Source: Macrostomum lignano (Eukaryota). From it: a DNA stretch of 64,000 nt. The stretch is taken from assembly GCA_002269645.1 (NCBI GenBank), contig NIVC01000250.1, positions 1 through 64,000 of the forward strand, given 5' to 3'. The notes below the pieces were generated by a model. That model searched no databases, was not told the origin of the DNA, and was given only the letters and a program-made list of their open reading frames with translations. This document shows positions 26,150 through 37,676 of this stretch, in pieces (within the stretch, counting starts at the first letter, position 1; each line of letters starts with the position of its first letter). Made by a program: the position numbers and the translations under genes.

Positions 26150-27424
26150 CTTATAGAATGACAGAGGCAGCTTTGCTGATGTCTTGATTCAACTTTCAAT
26201 TCCAGCCCTGGCGTCTCGCTGCCGAGCTGAGGCCTTCGGCTCCAAGTTTAATATCGGAGCAGAAATAGGCGCCCCAGCAACTGCGCACTGGACAGGCACT
26301 TCCTGTTGTCGCTGAGGCCAATTATTATCTGCAGAGCGATTCGCACCAACCGGACATTCCAGCTTTATTGCCAAGCAAAAATAACTTAATTCTACGCGTC
26401 TTCTTCTTCTGCTGTCTGCTTCTTTGATCGAATTGTTGACGGGAAGAAAACTTGTGCTCGTTTTTGTTGCGTTGTTGTTCTTCTTTATCGCAATAATATA
26501 AAGACACAAGGCGCCCGTTGTCAAATATATATATACTAGTAAATATGCGTAGGCTCATGCATATAAACATATATATATATATATCAGTTTCTCTCAGGTG
26601 GAGAATGCACGCTGCTTATCGCTAGTGTCCAATGGATATTTAAGTGCCTTACACTCTCTCTCTCTCACACGCTATTCTCTGGCACACGTCCTACGCCCAG
26701 AGCAAACAGATATTCATGCACGCTAAAGCACTTAAAAACAAGATCCACCACCTACCCACTCAGCCAGCCAGTCAGGCCCCACGCAGCTATTCGCAGCTAG
26801 CCGTTTCCATACGTCACGCCGCGTACAATACAGCGCAGTTGGGTGTATGTACTTTGTTTAAAAATACATACACGGTAACATGTACGTCATTCTGCTCTGT
26901 GTTTCATAAGTGGTTGGGGGTAGAGGGCAGAGGGAGCGCAGTGACCAACTCGCGCCTCTTCAAATCTTTTATTTTACCTTAACTAATTGGCTGCAGCCGC
27001 ACTGTATACCTCTGTCTATGTATTTAAACAGACCTATCTAGTCCACACACAGAGTCTAAAGCGCTGCAATCTCCATGGCGACCCAGTTAGAGGCGAATCT
27101 GTCCCTCTCTCTTTAATGGGTAGGTTTAGACAGAGACAAGCAGCAGTGCTCTTAATAAGAAATATCAAGGGGCGGGTGAGTGTCTACTCTAATTCTTAAT
27201 CAATTTTGTGAATTTTTTGAGTTGTTTAAAAATAGCATCAAAGTTGAAAGATCTCAGACTGACTTGTATGATAACCTAAAAAATAATTAATAACCCAACC
27301 CAACCTAAAAGCTAATAAGCTTGATACAGCGTACTACTGTACTTGTATTGAATAAATGCTGATTTTGAAAAGTTTATAAAGAAACATGGTGTATAACGAA
27401 TACTACACAACATATCGGCTGTAC

Positions 27425-27515
27425 CTTTTTAGATATCCACTCCCTGCCGAACACATAGGCGTTGCCCATCATTGAGTCGAGCAGCTTTTGCAGATTGTCC
27501 GTTTCAGGCAGCAGT
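27425..27515 (-). CDS. TMEM245: TMEM245 exon 7 (LLPETDNLQKLLDSMMGNAYVFGREWISKK)
   Basis: cgcag|A acceptor (phase 2) and AAG|gtaca donor (phase 0). Contains the conserved LPE…N.Y..GREWI motif. Confidence 0.88.
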
Positions 27516-27905
27516 CTGCGACAAAACAGAGAAAAAAATAATTAAAGAATTTGTCGGTAAACAAACTGCTTTGGAAACCCGGGTAACCAGCAGGGAGGGG
27601 GGCGGGCGTCTGAGAAATGGCGTGACGCCTAATTCTAGCAGTGCACTCTTGCGAGTAGAATTTACTCCCTCTGTCGCTCTTTCTCTCTCTGTTACACATT
27701 CAAGTTCCGAACAATAGCACAAAGGTATTACCAGAACAGTCATTTACGGTGAAAAAACACGAAGAAAAATACGCCCATAAATTTTACTTGAAAACGCTAG
27801 TTTTTCTACTGACATAAGTAGAAAACATGGCGTATTATTAGACAAAGAGTAAATTTTGTACAAAAAATCAAGTATACAGTAGAGTTACAATTTAATAGAA
27901 CCTAC

Positions 27906-27982
27906 GTATTCGAGGCTGTAATCACGGTGTTGTTAAGGACGCGACTCGTCATAGTAACCAGCTCAATACTCTCCCTTTGCAC
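27906..27982 (-). CDS. TMEM245: TMEM245 exon 6 (VQRESIELVTMTSRVLNNTV…)
   Basis: ttcag|GTG acceptor and AC|gtagg donor. Matches the TMEM245 V..ES......TS..+N.T motif. Confidence 0.85.
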
Positions 27983-28061
27983 CTGAAATGGTTTAAGTGA
28001 AAAACAACAATATACAAAAAGGAATGATGACTACACACAACACAATAATTTTATTACCAAC

Positions 28062-28166
28062 CTGAATAGCCAGGAAAATGGTGAGAAACACGGACGCGCT
28101 CAGAACCAGCAGAATAACAAAAATGCTGACAATTGCGTCTAGTGAACTGGTTAAAATGTCCGACAT
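28062..28166 (-). CDS. TMEM245: TMEM245 exon 5 (MSDILTSSLDAIVSIFVILLVLSASVFLTIFLAIQ)
   Basis: aacag|ATG acceptor, CAG|gttggt donor, 105 nt, phase 0/0. TM helix resembles TMEM245 D..VS.F.I.LL. Confidence 0.85.
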
Positions 28167-28176
28167 CTGTTAAAAT

Positions 28177-28255
28177 AAAAAAAATAGACAGTCAAGTAAT
28201 TGTCGATGGCCGGTTACCTGTGGAGCATAAGTTAATCCATCGACTCCGGACCGCC
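28177..28255 (-). ncRNA. Y RNA-like gene, copy A (intronic in TMEM245)
   Basis: GGCGGUCCGGAGUCGAUGGAUUAAC…GGCCAUCGACAAUUACUUGACUGUCUA-U8. GGCGGUC pairs with GACUGUC, and GUCGAUGG pairs with CCAUCGAC. TATA-like TAAATAAATAG about 30 nt upstream. Confidence 0.8.
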
Positions 28256-28459
28256 CCAGCCTAACACCTGGTAGCCTCACCCGCTATTTATTTAGCTCCA
28301 TACAGACCCGTCAACTGATGCAACCTTGTGAAATTCAACGATAAAAAGATATACAAATACGCTACTAATCTACTGATAGTAAAAACATGGGACTTTCAGC
28401 AATTATTAAAATATTTTTTATGATGGACCCTAACGAGCATAAAAACGTTACCCATATCT

Positions 28460-28880
28460 GTTAGACACAAATATTACCTGCTAGACAGGAATAATACGTG
28501 TTAGACAAGAAATATACCAGTTAGACAGGAAGTATACCTGTTAGACAGGAAGTTTACCTGTTAGACAGGAAGTATACCTGTTAGACAGGAAGTATACCTG
28601 TTAGACAGGAAGTATACCTGTTAGACAGGAAGTATACCTGCTAGACAGGAAGTATACCTGTTAGACAGGAAGTATACCTGCTAGACAGGAAGTATACCTG
28701 CTAGACAGGAAGTATACCTGTTAGACAGGAAGTATACCTGTTGGACAGGAAGTATACCTGTTAGACAGGAAGTATACCTGTTAGACAGGAAGTATACCTG
28801 CTAGACAGGAAGTATACCTGTTAGACAGGAAGTATACCTGCTAGACAGGAAGTATACCTGCTAGACAGGAATAATACTCT
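28460..28880. repeat. 20-bp repeat CTGTTAGACAGGAAGTATAC
   Basis: Direct reading. Confidence 0.95.
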
Positions 28881-28946
28881 ACATGCAAATCTTTACTTTA
28901 AGTAGTAAAACTAGCAAAAATGTAGTTTTATCAATCCAAACGCTAC

Positions 28947-29095
28947 CTTTCGATCGCCCCGCAGCAGCAGCTTGTAGATGCCCCTGACGGGGAACGGGGC
29001 CAGGGCTTCTCGACGGCTTTCAACTAGTTGCATCGCCTGGCTGTAGGCTGAGCTGGCCCAGCGCTTTGCCAGCTGGCTGCCTCCGATGCTGTCAC
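28947..29095 (-). CDS. TMEM245: TMEM245 exon 4 (…ESRREALAPFPVRGIYKLLLRGDRK)
   Basis: cttag|GT acceptor and AAG|gtagc donor. Phases fit the neighbouring exons; resembles the TMEM245 P.P..G...LL...D.K motif. Confidence 0.8.
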
Positions 29096-29139
29096 CTAAG
29101 GGGAGGGGCGGACCAGTGAACTGTCTTTGAGCTGTGAAA

Positions 29140-29392
29140 GTCTATCCTTGTAGAGGGTAGCAGTCTATCCTTGTAGAGGGTAGCAGTCTATCTATGGAGT
29201 AGAAGTCTATCACTCTATGGGGAAGAAGTCTATCACTCTATGGGGCAGAAGTCTGTCACTCTATGGGGCAGAAGTCTGTCACTCTATGGGGCAGAAGTCT
29301 GTCACTCTATGGGGCAGAAGTCTGTCACTCTATGGAGTAGAAGTCTGTCACTCTATGGAGTAGAAGTCTGTCACTCTATGGGGCAGAAGTCT
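29140..29392. repeat. 23-bp repeat GGGCAGAAGTCTGTCACTCTATG
   Basis: Direct reading. Confidence 0.9.
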
Positions 29393-29433
29393 CAGGCAGA
29401 AATCAAAAAACATTTTCAACTTATAAGTCGCAC

Positions 29434-30015
29434 CTAAAGTCCGCAGAGCCACAAAAGCGGCCACAAAGGGCAGCAGAGACAGGGTCCAGGGCCTTGTCCA
29501 CGCGTACACCAGCGCGTGGCCCCACAGCAGCAGCACAAAGAAAGTCTTGCTGCTCCGCGACTGCTGCTGCTGGCGCCGCTGTTTCTGTCGAATCAGTCGG
29601 TCGGCATTGACGCCGCAGCTCATGGATCGGGAGACTCGGCGCCTCGCCTGCGGCAGCGGCGGCGGCGGCTGCTGCTGCTGGCGAACTGCAGGCGTCGAAG
29701 TGCCACCCGAAGGTGACGCCGCGTCCACATTGTCGTCGTTGCCGCTCGAAACAATCGGCTGAAGATTCTCGTCGGCTATTGCCGTCTCCTCGGTGGAAAG
29801 CTGCTGCTGCTGCTGTTCTTGAGGAGTTTCGTCCGGTAGGTCGACGGGGTCATCGTCGGACTCCGACTCGCCCGTTGCCGCCGATGCCGCCACTGCTGCA
29901 GCGGTTGACGGCGAGTTGTTCGACCCGACCAGGCTCAGCAGGGAGGCGAAATCGTCTGCAGAGTTGAAGGTCAAGTGACGTGCAGTTCTCAGCGATGGAG
30001 GCTGTGAGCTGACAC
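29434..30015 (-). CDS. TMEM245: TMEM245 exon 3 (low-complexity loop, then FFVLLLWGHALVYAWTRPW TM segment); 5' boundary uncertain (30015 or 30024)
   Basis: Open frame with phase-1 acceptor ctcag|GT and donor TTA G|gtgcg. Length 582 fits phase 1 to phase 1. Confidence 0.7.
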
Positions 30016-30129
30016 CTGAGCAAGCTGGCACACGCTCGCACAGAGTGTACAGCGGCGATGACTGTCTCATTTCTGGCCCTCGTAAGGCCGGAGCGGCACG
30101 ACATGTACCTCCTCTGAAACTGCCTCTGT

Positions 30130-31042
30130 AAATGGCGCCCCCCTCTGTAGTTGGCGCCCCCTCTGTAGCTGGCGCCCTCTGAATCCGGCGCCCCCCTCTG
30201 TAGCTGGCGCCCTCTCTGTAGTTGGCGCCCCCCTCTGTATTTGGCGCCCCCTCTGTAACTGGCGCCCCCTGTAGTGGGCACCCCCTTTGTAGTTGGCGCC
30301 TCCTCTGTATCCGGCGACCCCTCTGTAGTTGGCGCCTCCTCTGTAGCTGGCGCCCCCCTCTATAGTTGGCGCCCCCTCTGTAGTTGGCGCCCCCCCTGAA
30401 TCCGGCGCCCCCCTCTGTAGTTGGTGCCCCCTCTGTATTTGGCGCCCCCTCTGTAGTTGGCGCCCCCTCTGTAGTTGGCACCCCCTCTGTAGTTGGCGCC
30501 CCCTCTGTAGTTGGCGCCCCCTTCTGTAGCTGGCGCCCCCTCTGTAGTTGGCGCCCCCCCTCTGTAGCTGGCGCCCCCCTCTGTAGCTGACGCCCCTGAA
30601 TCCGGCGCTCCTCTCTGTAGCTGGCGCCCCCCCTCTGTATTTGGCGCCCCCTCTGTAGTTGGCGCCTCCTCTGTAGCTGGCGCCCCCCTCTGTAGCTGGC
30701 GCCCCCCCCCTCTGTATTTGGCGCCCCCTCTGTAGTTGGCGCCTCCTCTGTAGTTGGCGCCTCCTCTGTAGCTGGCGCCCCCTCTGTAGCTGGCGCCCCC
30801 CTCTGTATTTGGCGCCCCCTCTGTAGTTGGCGCCTCCTCTGTAGCTGGCGCCCCCTCTGTAGTTGGTGCCTCCTCTGTAGCTGGCGCCCCCTCTGTAGTT
30901 GGCGCCCCCCCTCTGTAGTTGGCGCCCCCTCTGTAGCTGGCGCCCCCCTCTGTAGCTGGCGCCCCTCTATAGCTGGCGCCCCCTCTGTAGTTGGCGCCCC
31001 CCTCTGTAGCTGGCGCCCACCTGTATCCGGCGCCCCCCTGTA
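30130..31042. repeat. 17-20-bp repeat GGCGCCCCCTCTGTAGTT
   Basis: Direct reading. Confidence 0.95.
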
Positions 31043-31126
31043 TTTAGGGCTCCATTCTGACAATTCAAATGCATAAGATAGATAAGAAAGGATGAAGGAT
31101 ATAATGAATTTATAAGCTAAGCTCAC

Positions 31127-31352
31127 AGTTCTGACCAGACAGCAGGGAATCTCTGATCTCCACTATGCAGCCGAGGCAGACCAGAGAGATAAAGGAAATA
31201 AACAGCGGCACACTGAATATTCCAGTGATGGAGGACACATAGAACACAACTCCAATCCAGACAGGCAGTGCCAGCAGCTTCAGCAGAAAGCTGGACTCTG
31301 GGGTCCAGTAGAATAACACCAGGGACAAATAGAGAAGGATTCCAAATAGGAT
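31127..31352 (-). CDS. TMEM245: TMEM245 exon 2 (hydrophobic, ILFGILLYLSLVLFYW...)
   Basis: Acceptor tttag|ATC (phase 0) and donor T|gtgagc (phase 1). Transmembrane-like sequence in frame with exon 1. Confidence 0.75.
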
Positions 31353-32824
31353 CTAAAAAATATTTAGAGCATGATTTCCTTTTTATAGAATTAAGAACAA
31401 TACCATTTTATAGTCCTAATTAATATATTTGGTTAAAAATGCATATTTATAATGGTTTAAATTAGAATTTAAAAAGGTTACACTGCAAAAAAATATAAAA
31501 GTAACAATAATATAACCTTAATATCTAAATGATGGAACAAAAAAGTTTTTTAATGAATCTTTCTATGGTAAGAGATCAGGAATGACTATAGTGGTTTAGT
31601 GCAACACTCAATTGCATAAGTAGTCAAGGCTTAATTTAAAGGGGTCATGTTATTTTTTGGCTAAATTGGAATCATGGTTTAAGTCTACTAAAGGAAGTTT
31701 ATAGAATAGTTAGTAATGCCTCTTATTAGTCATGACTATATTTCAAATTAAAGTGCACCAATAATATAAGCATAGCTCTCCTTGTCTTAAACTAACTCAT
31801 GGTATCTAAAAAATCTAGATTGTTTTATATGCTTCAATTTCAAGATGCCTTAGGAATCTTTAGGAATAGGCCTATTCCTTTAAGAGCATAAAGCATATAG
31901 AAAATTTAGAAAATGGTTTTTTATTATTAAAACAATCAATATACTATGCTTAATAGTAAGACTATAACTATTAATTTTATTAGTCCTAATCCCTATTGGA
32001 ATAAATGTTGAAAACCCATGGACATGCACTTTAAAAAAAGAGTCAAACTATTTTACTGCACTTTAGGATTATTAGATTTTCCGTTTTGTCAAAACCAAAA
32101 TTCAGAAAAACAAAGTTTAGTATGACCAATAGTCACTTTTTTGCTTTCAATTTACTGCTTATGCAAAATGAAATACATGTATATGTAGCAGAAATTAGTC
32201 TATTTTTAGCAACTTTTTAGACACTTCCAAAATTTTGACTTCTAAATTTTTTTTGAAATTGAAATTTACTCTTTAATGTATAGGCCCCTTCTACAGAGGT
32301 ATTAGACCCCTTTCCATGTATATGTATTTGCTAGAGCAGCAGCCAGCAGGAAAGGGCAGCATGTGCGCAGGTGCTGCATGCCTGTGTATGCATTGCACTT
32401 TAGAAAAAATTCTAAAGTGCGCCAGATGCTATCTATGGTTTTACAACTTTTCCTATAAGGGTCCTAATACTATTTGATTAAAGTTTTAAAGAAAACAAAA
32501 TCTTCAAATTCAAATTTATTAAACTAAATGTCATCAATCTATTCTACAACTACTAATTAAAATATGCCATTTGTTATATAAAGTAGATAATTCATTGTTA
32601 TTAGGACTGTCTATATATTTAAATAACATAGGCCTAGTTGTATTTATTAAATAAAAAATCTATACTTGCATTAATAATAACATTATTTATTTTATTAGCA
32701 CAAAACACTTACTGATTGATCTAAATTTATGTGCATAAAAAGCTACATTTGACAACACTGAAAAAAACATTAAAAAGTCTTAAATATAGTATTAGTAGAT
32801 TCAAAATATTGCCAAATAACTTAC

Positions 32825-33334
32825 CCATGTAGTAGAGAAAATGCTTATGAATGCTGATAACTTAGTCCAAATTGTTATTAAAAGCTCTAAATGTGTTCGA
32901 ATGGGCACTAAACTAAGAAATAGATATACACATGGAACAACAATTATAGCAACTAGGATCTTTTTCCTGTATGCAAGAATCTTTGCATAAAAGAGGTCCA
33001 AAAGTGAATTAATAGCTGAGAATGGCAAGATAGCAGCTTCTACAAATAAAGGCCTGCTTGATTCTTGCGTCGTTTTTAACCAAATCTTTAGAAGCGATGT
33101 CAACTTTTGCTTTATTGGGTGCAGACATGATCCAACCAACAGTGCCCAAAGAAGAGGCTCAATAAAAGCTTCTAAAATGAAATATACTGCAATGCATGCA
33201 AGCAAAAATATGCCCACAAATGCTAAGGCTATAGTGTTGTAAAATGCCTGTTTAAGAGCTTTGTCATCGCTGGAAGGTAAAAACTTATAGAAGTAGTTCA
33301 ATGGTGAAAAGTCTTCACCAGGCTTGCTAGTCAT
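32825..33334 (-). CDS. TMEM245: TMEM245 exon 1 (ATG at 33334)
   Basis: Translation DKALKQAFYNTIALAFVGIFLLACIAVYFILEAFIEPLLWALLVGSCLHPIK matches the TMEM245 N-terminal motif (KQAFYNT...VYFILEAF..PLLWA....LHP.K). Ends at donor TGG|GTAAGT, phase 0. Confidence 0.92.
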
Positions 33335-34233
33335 ACTAATTATAAAAAACTGTTACCCTTAAAAAAAGATTCGCTAATTAAAACTTATTAACACGCAATA
33401 ATCAATAAAAAAATCGTCGATTGCTTTGACTCAGTATTAGCTAGCTTAGCTTCACTCACAGTCACTTCACTAGTCAGTGGTCACATAAAATATATCTAGA
33501 AGACCGAAAAGTTAAAAATATCAAAAGTTTCGTGGAAAGAGCTACGTTTAAAATGGTGCTAAAGCAACCCTTAGCTTAAACATAATACATTTTGCTGATC
33601 GCAAGATACACTCAGCTTACAAGCTATATATGATGCTTGTGTGTGTCAATTTATTTTTTTTTAATATAAACGTTAGTTTAACACCTCAAATTTTAAAATA
33701 TTCAAGCGCACTACATGTGCCGGTTGATGACCAATAGCTAAATTGGACTTGTGCAATAAACGGAATTAACAGTATAAAAATGAAACATTCCCATACAAAA
33801 TTCATACAAAATCCGACAGAGTATCATGCTGTGCATGTTAAATTAAAAAATGGTAATCTTATTTGCAATTCAGACAGCAATGCAACTACTGCATGCTGAA
33901 TAATTGCAATCATTGAATTATGAAATTTTTTTCTATCTCAGGGTTTTATTTCTATGCATAATAGGGGAATTATTGGCCCCTACAATATTGCATGATCTTT
34001 TATTTTTACGTCACTGCAGTAACGGTCCTAGCTTGACGTGTACATGTACTTATCGGGCTTCAGAGTGCAGAAACTGATCGTGATTGGTGCTCTGGCCTGG
34101 CCCCCACCGTGACCAGATGCATGTCAACAGCTCAAATTAAGTTATTTGTTTTATTTTAATTATCCTTAATAAATATGTAGCAAAATTTAATTAGAAGACA
34201 GCGAGGGACAAGCACGAATGATTTGAAAAGGTA

Positions 34234-36498
34234 GAGGGGGTGAGCCAAAAGTTTCCGGAATTTTTTCTAATACTTTCAGTTAATTTTTGTCCATGGAAAA
34301 GCTTAAAAGCAGCAACCATCTACTATGCTGTTGACCAGCCGAATCATCACTTCTTTAGCTTAGCATTGCTCAGTTTCCCAGGGTCTGATTAAGCTAGCAA
34401 ACGCATTCAATGGAACTGCCAAAAACTGAATGAAGGGCGATCAATTCTGCTCAGCCACTTTCGTGCGGGACGCAATTATAAGCAGCCGAGGCACATCGCA
34501 AGTTGTTGCAGCTGATGGGCCCACATGCACCCTCCAAGTCATCGGTGTACGAGTGGTTCTCTCGCTTTGCTCAAGAGAACTATGAGCTGCAGGACAAGCC
34601 GAGGTCAGGCCGATCCCCTGCTGCTGATGGCGAGCCGTTCTCCAAGCCCTTGAGGACAATTATCCAGACTACAGCGTGCGCAAGTCAGCTGCTACTGGGG
34701 TGTCCTATGCCACGGTCCAGCGGAGCCTGCATGCTGCGGACAAGGTGCCGAAAAAGCCAACTCTTGGTGCCCCATGAGCTGACACCTTCAGCAGCTGAGA
34801 ACCAAGGGTGCATGTGGCGACTTTGAATCTTTGTCAGGCCAGTTCGACAAACTTTCTCAAGTCGATGATCGCTCAAGACGGAGCAGTGGGTCTGCTATAA
34901 GAACCCAAGCATGCACATCAGCCGTCTGGGTCGATGCTTCTGCAGAACCACCCAGCTGCCCAATGCGGAACCCCCACTGCGGCAAGGAGCTGCTCTCTCT
35001 CTGGTTCTGCTCGTCTGGCCCTGTTTTCTGGGAGGTCATCCCGCATGGCATGGCTGTGAACGCGGAGGTGATCTGCAGCGAACTGGAGGAGGTCGGCCGT
35101 TTGCTGCGATCCGTGTGCCCGGGGCACCGCGACAAGGTGCTCCTCCTTGACAATTCGCGGCCTCACAAAGCAAGCAAGACTCACCCAAGCCAAGTTGGCT
35201 AGCCTGGGCTTCAGTGTCTTGCCCCACCCACATACTCGCCGGACCTCTCGCCATGCGACTACCATGTTGAAGAGTTGATTCGGGAGGTGATCAGTCTCCC
35301 GAAAACTCCCACTTCCAGACACCTAAGCCTGGGAACAAAATTAACGTGTTCACTTACTGTGGCGGGCTCTTCTTCTGCGTCCGGCAGGTTCTCCGAGCTC
35401 GTTCCTTGGTTCTCCTTTGTTGCGCGCGTTTGTAGAGTTCGCTTCTTCCAATCTTCTTCTCCGGAGGAATCTTCTTGAAGTCTTCGAAGTCCAAAGTCGG
35501 CCGAGAGTGAGAGCAGAACAGTGAAGTCGACGTCGAAATATTTCCTCGAGTGCGGGATTCAGTACGTTTCTCGAGTGCCAAATCAGTATCAACAGTGCGC
35601 CCTAATAAACTCAAATTCTAACGCGAGGTCCTCCAAAGGGGGCGTCTTCTTCTAGATCTAACGGAATCGGAGTCGTGTGCTCCTATCTGTTAATCTAGGA
35701 CAATCCAAATCAACAATCAATAATCCTCTAAGGGTATCGGAATCGGTCCGCAGATCCTATCCAATCCCTTAGGAAAATGAGAGGCCTCAAATAGTCTCAG
35801 TAAAGTCAACGGATCAGCAACGGCCGGCCGGCAATAAAATCGCTCTCAATAATCAAAATAACGAAGACTTGAACAACGCTTCTCAATTGATACGCTTCTC
35901 TCCCAGAGATATAGCCTCGATTAGTTGCTCTAACTAACCACAAGATCTTTTGAGGCTGCTCCGAGTCTGAGGTTTCAGCTCGGATTTTACGCTTATATTT
36001 ATAGTCGAATTTTTGGTATATATTTAGTAGCGCGACTCATATTTCATCAGATTTTATCTTATTTCATCATATTTCACCATCGTTGCAACTTGTCTCATGC
36101 TTCGTTGTACGTTGTATTCACGGTCTTAAATTAGAGTATGACAGTTTGCAATTTTTATAACATTCAAGTTTTTCGCATTTTTATGTTACTACTTACAGTA
36201 GTTTACTTTGTATCGTATTTGGATATCTCTACAATGTGTTCAGGTCCCTCCAGAGCTTTATGATGGACAGCGGTTCGCCAACAAGCAACATGTGGAGCAG
36301 GAAGTGCAGAAATGGATAGATTCAAGGCCTGCGAACTTCTGGAGGGATCGAGGAGATCGAGGCATTGCCAGCAAGATGGGACAGGGTCAGGGCCTTGATT
36401 ATAGCAACTGCATCACATCGCTGTAAACTGTTTGTTCTCGAGAATATTTGTTACAGTTTTCAATTGTTCAAATTCGGGAAACTTTTGGCTCACCCTAT
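34234..36498 (+). mobile_element. Degenerate Tc1/mariner transposon (mariner-type), split by an LTR
   Basis: TIRs GGGTGAGCCAAAAGTTTCC(G/C)GAATT at about 34237-34262 and 36471-36495 with TA flanks. Frameshifted transposase pieces SVYEWFSRF…D.PRSGR, VPHELT, LLLDNSRPH, YSPDLSPCDYH and FRSLQ…WIDSRP..FW. Confidence 0.9.
35268..36233. mobile_element. Probable solo LTR (966 bp, TG…CA, 4-bp TSD ATGT)
   Basis: Starts TGAAGAG and ends CTCTACA. ATGT lies at 35264-35267 and 36234-36237. Removing the insert restores the mariner codons CAT GTG TTC AGG (H-V-F-R). Confidence 0.8.
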
Positions 36499-36542
36499 AT
36501 AGTTAATCCAAGAAGATTGATTAGTCTATATTGCATTCTTAG

Positions 36543-36637
36543 AAAAAAGTCGGTTGTCGAGTGTATGCCGATGGGGGTAAACCATGGAAGTCTAAATTGC
36601 TTTGAACGGAGTTTAACCTAATCGACTCCGGACCGCC
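36543..36637 (-). ncRNA. Y RNA-like gene, copy B (divergent, possibly degenerate 3' stem)
   Basis: GGCGGUCCGGAGUCGAUUAGGUUAAAC…CCCAUCGGCAUACACUCGACAACCGAC-U6. TATA-like CTTAAATAG at 36664-36672. Confidence 0.65.
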
Positions 36638-37042
36638 TTAGGTGAATTTTGGCGACTGAAATGCTATTTAAGCTTAAACAGGCTTTGATACAATAAAAAT
36701 AATTTTACTATTAAACTGCACGTCATGCTCCTATCATCTACTTTAAGTAGAAATACACATTTTTCATTGCAAATTATGCAGCAAACTTCAGAAAACTATA
36801 AAAACTATAAGTTAGCGAATGATTAATTCGATCTTGCATCTGATTTTCTAAAGGTCAACAATATTTTTTATCATTAATAGAAGAGTAATTACACTTGAAT
36901 TAATCACATGACATATTTTTGTACTTTTATCCAATATAAAGGAAAGACCAATTTTACTTTCACTAAAGAGAAAAATTTAGTTACTGTTGGCACATTATGT
37001 AGAAAGTGACAGAAATAATTAAAATTATTGAAAATTCTGCAT

Positions 37043-37122
37043 AAAAAATTCGGCTGTCAAGTGAGTGTCGATGGGTATAATTCGTTTGAGTAAGTTTGTT
37101 AACCCATCGACTCCGGACCGCC
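37043..37122 (-). ncRNA. Y RNA-like gene, copy C
   Basis: GGCGGUCCGGAGUCGAUGGGUUAACAAACUUACUCAAACGAAUUAUACCCAUCGACACUCACUUGACAGCCGAA-U6. Perfect 10-bp GUCGAUGGGU/ACCCAUCGAC stem. TATA-like box at 37146-37152. Confidence 0.85.
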
Positions 37123-37145
37123 TAGTTGAAATTGCGACTGAACAA

Positions 37146-37237
37146 CTATTTAACCTCTTCAATGCGCATCTCAATGCAATCCGGCAAATTTCTCTCGTAA
37201 ATAATTCACACATACGCTATTAATCTACTCTCAGTAG
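37146..37237 (-). promoter_or_regulatory. Representative external (type-3 Pol III-like) promoter of the Y-like genes: TATA-like TTAAATAG, ATTGCAT-like element, CTACT-N3-AGTAG palindrome
   Basis: The same ordered elements recur upstream of copies A, B, C, E, F, G, H and I while the spacers diverge. Copy D keeps only the proximal part. Confidence 0.7.
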
Positions 37238-37513
37238 AAATGATAAACTATGCCAAGCTAAAAAAATTAACTAAGGAAAGTTAAATTTACAATAGAAAAA
37301 TTTCTTTGAAAGCCTGCTGACTTTTATCTTTGATGAAAATTGTTAATATAAACGAATCTATCTACGAGCTAAATTTCTAATTCTTGGATCATCTAATGTT
37401 TTTGTCTGACTATTTTAACAAATAATCCTTGCAGCGGGCACTTTTTAAAATACTTCTTTTTTAAAGGCCAGAAATTAAACAAAAAATTTTGAAAACTGTT
37501 TAATTTAACCGGC

Positions 37514-37587
37514 AAAAAGCTGGTCAAGTGAGTGCCAATGGGGTATTTTGAGACCAATTCAGTTAACCCATCGACTCCGGACCAGCC
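37514..37587 (-). ncRNA. Y RNA-like gene, copy D (GGCUGGUCCG type)
   Basis: GGCUGGUCCGGAGUCGAUGGGUUAACUGAAUUGGUCUCAAAAUACCCCAUUGGCACUCACUUGACCAGC-U5. First 10 nt equal the vertebrate Y1/Y3/Y4 5' end as I recall it. TATA-like box at 37611-37619. Confidence 0.9.
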
Positions 37588-37676
37588 CAACAGTTGGGGT
37601 GTCCGACTGCCTATTTAAGCCTGAACAATGCTGCAAGCTAAGCCTAATTCTCTGCGCTGTATGCTTTTGTGGTGAA

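Noticed and set aside
29348-31126. 592-aa ORF as a single protein
   Set aside because: The N-terminal half is the GGCGCCCCCTCTGTAG minisatellite; only about 30015-29434 is a TMEM245 exon.
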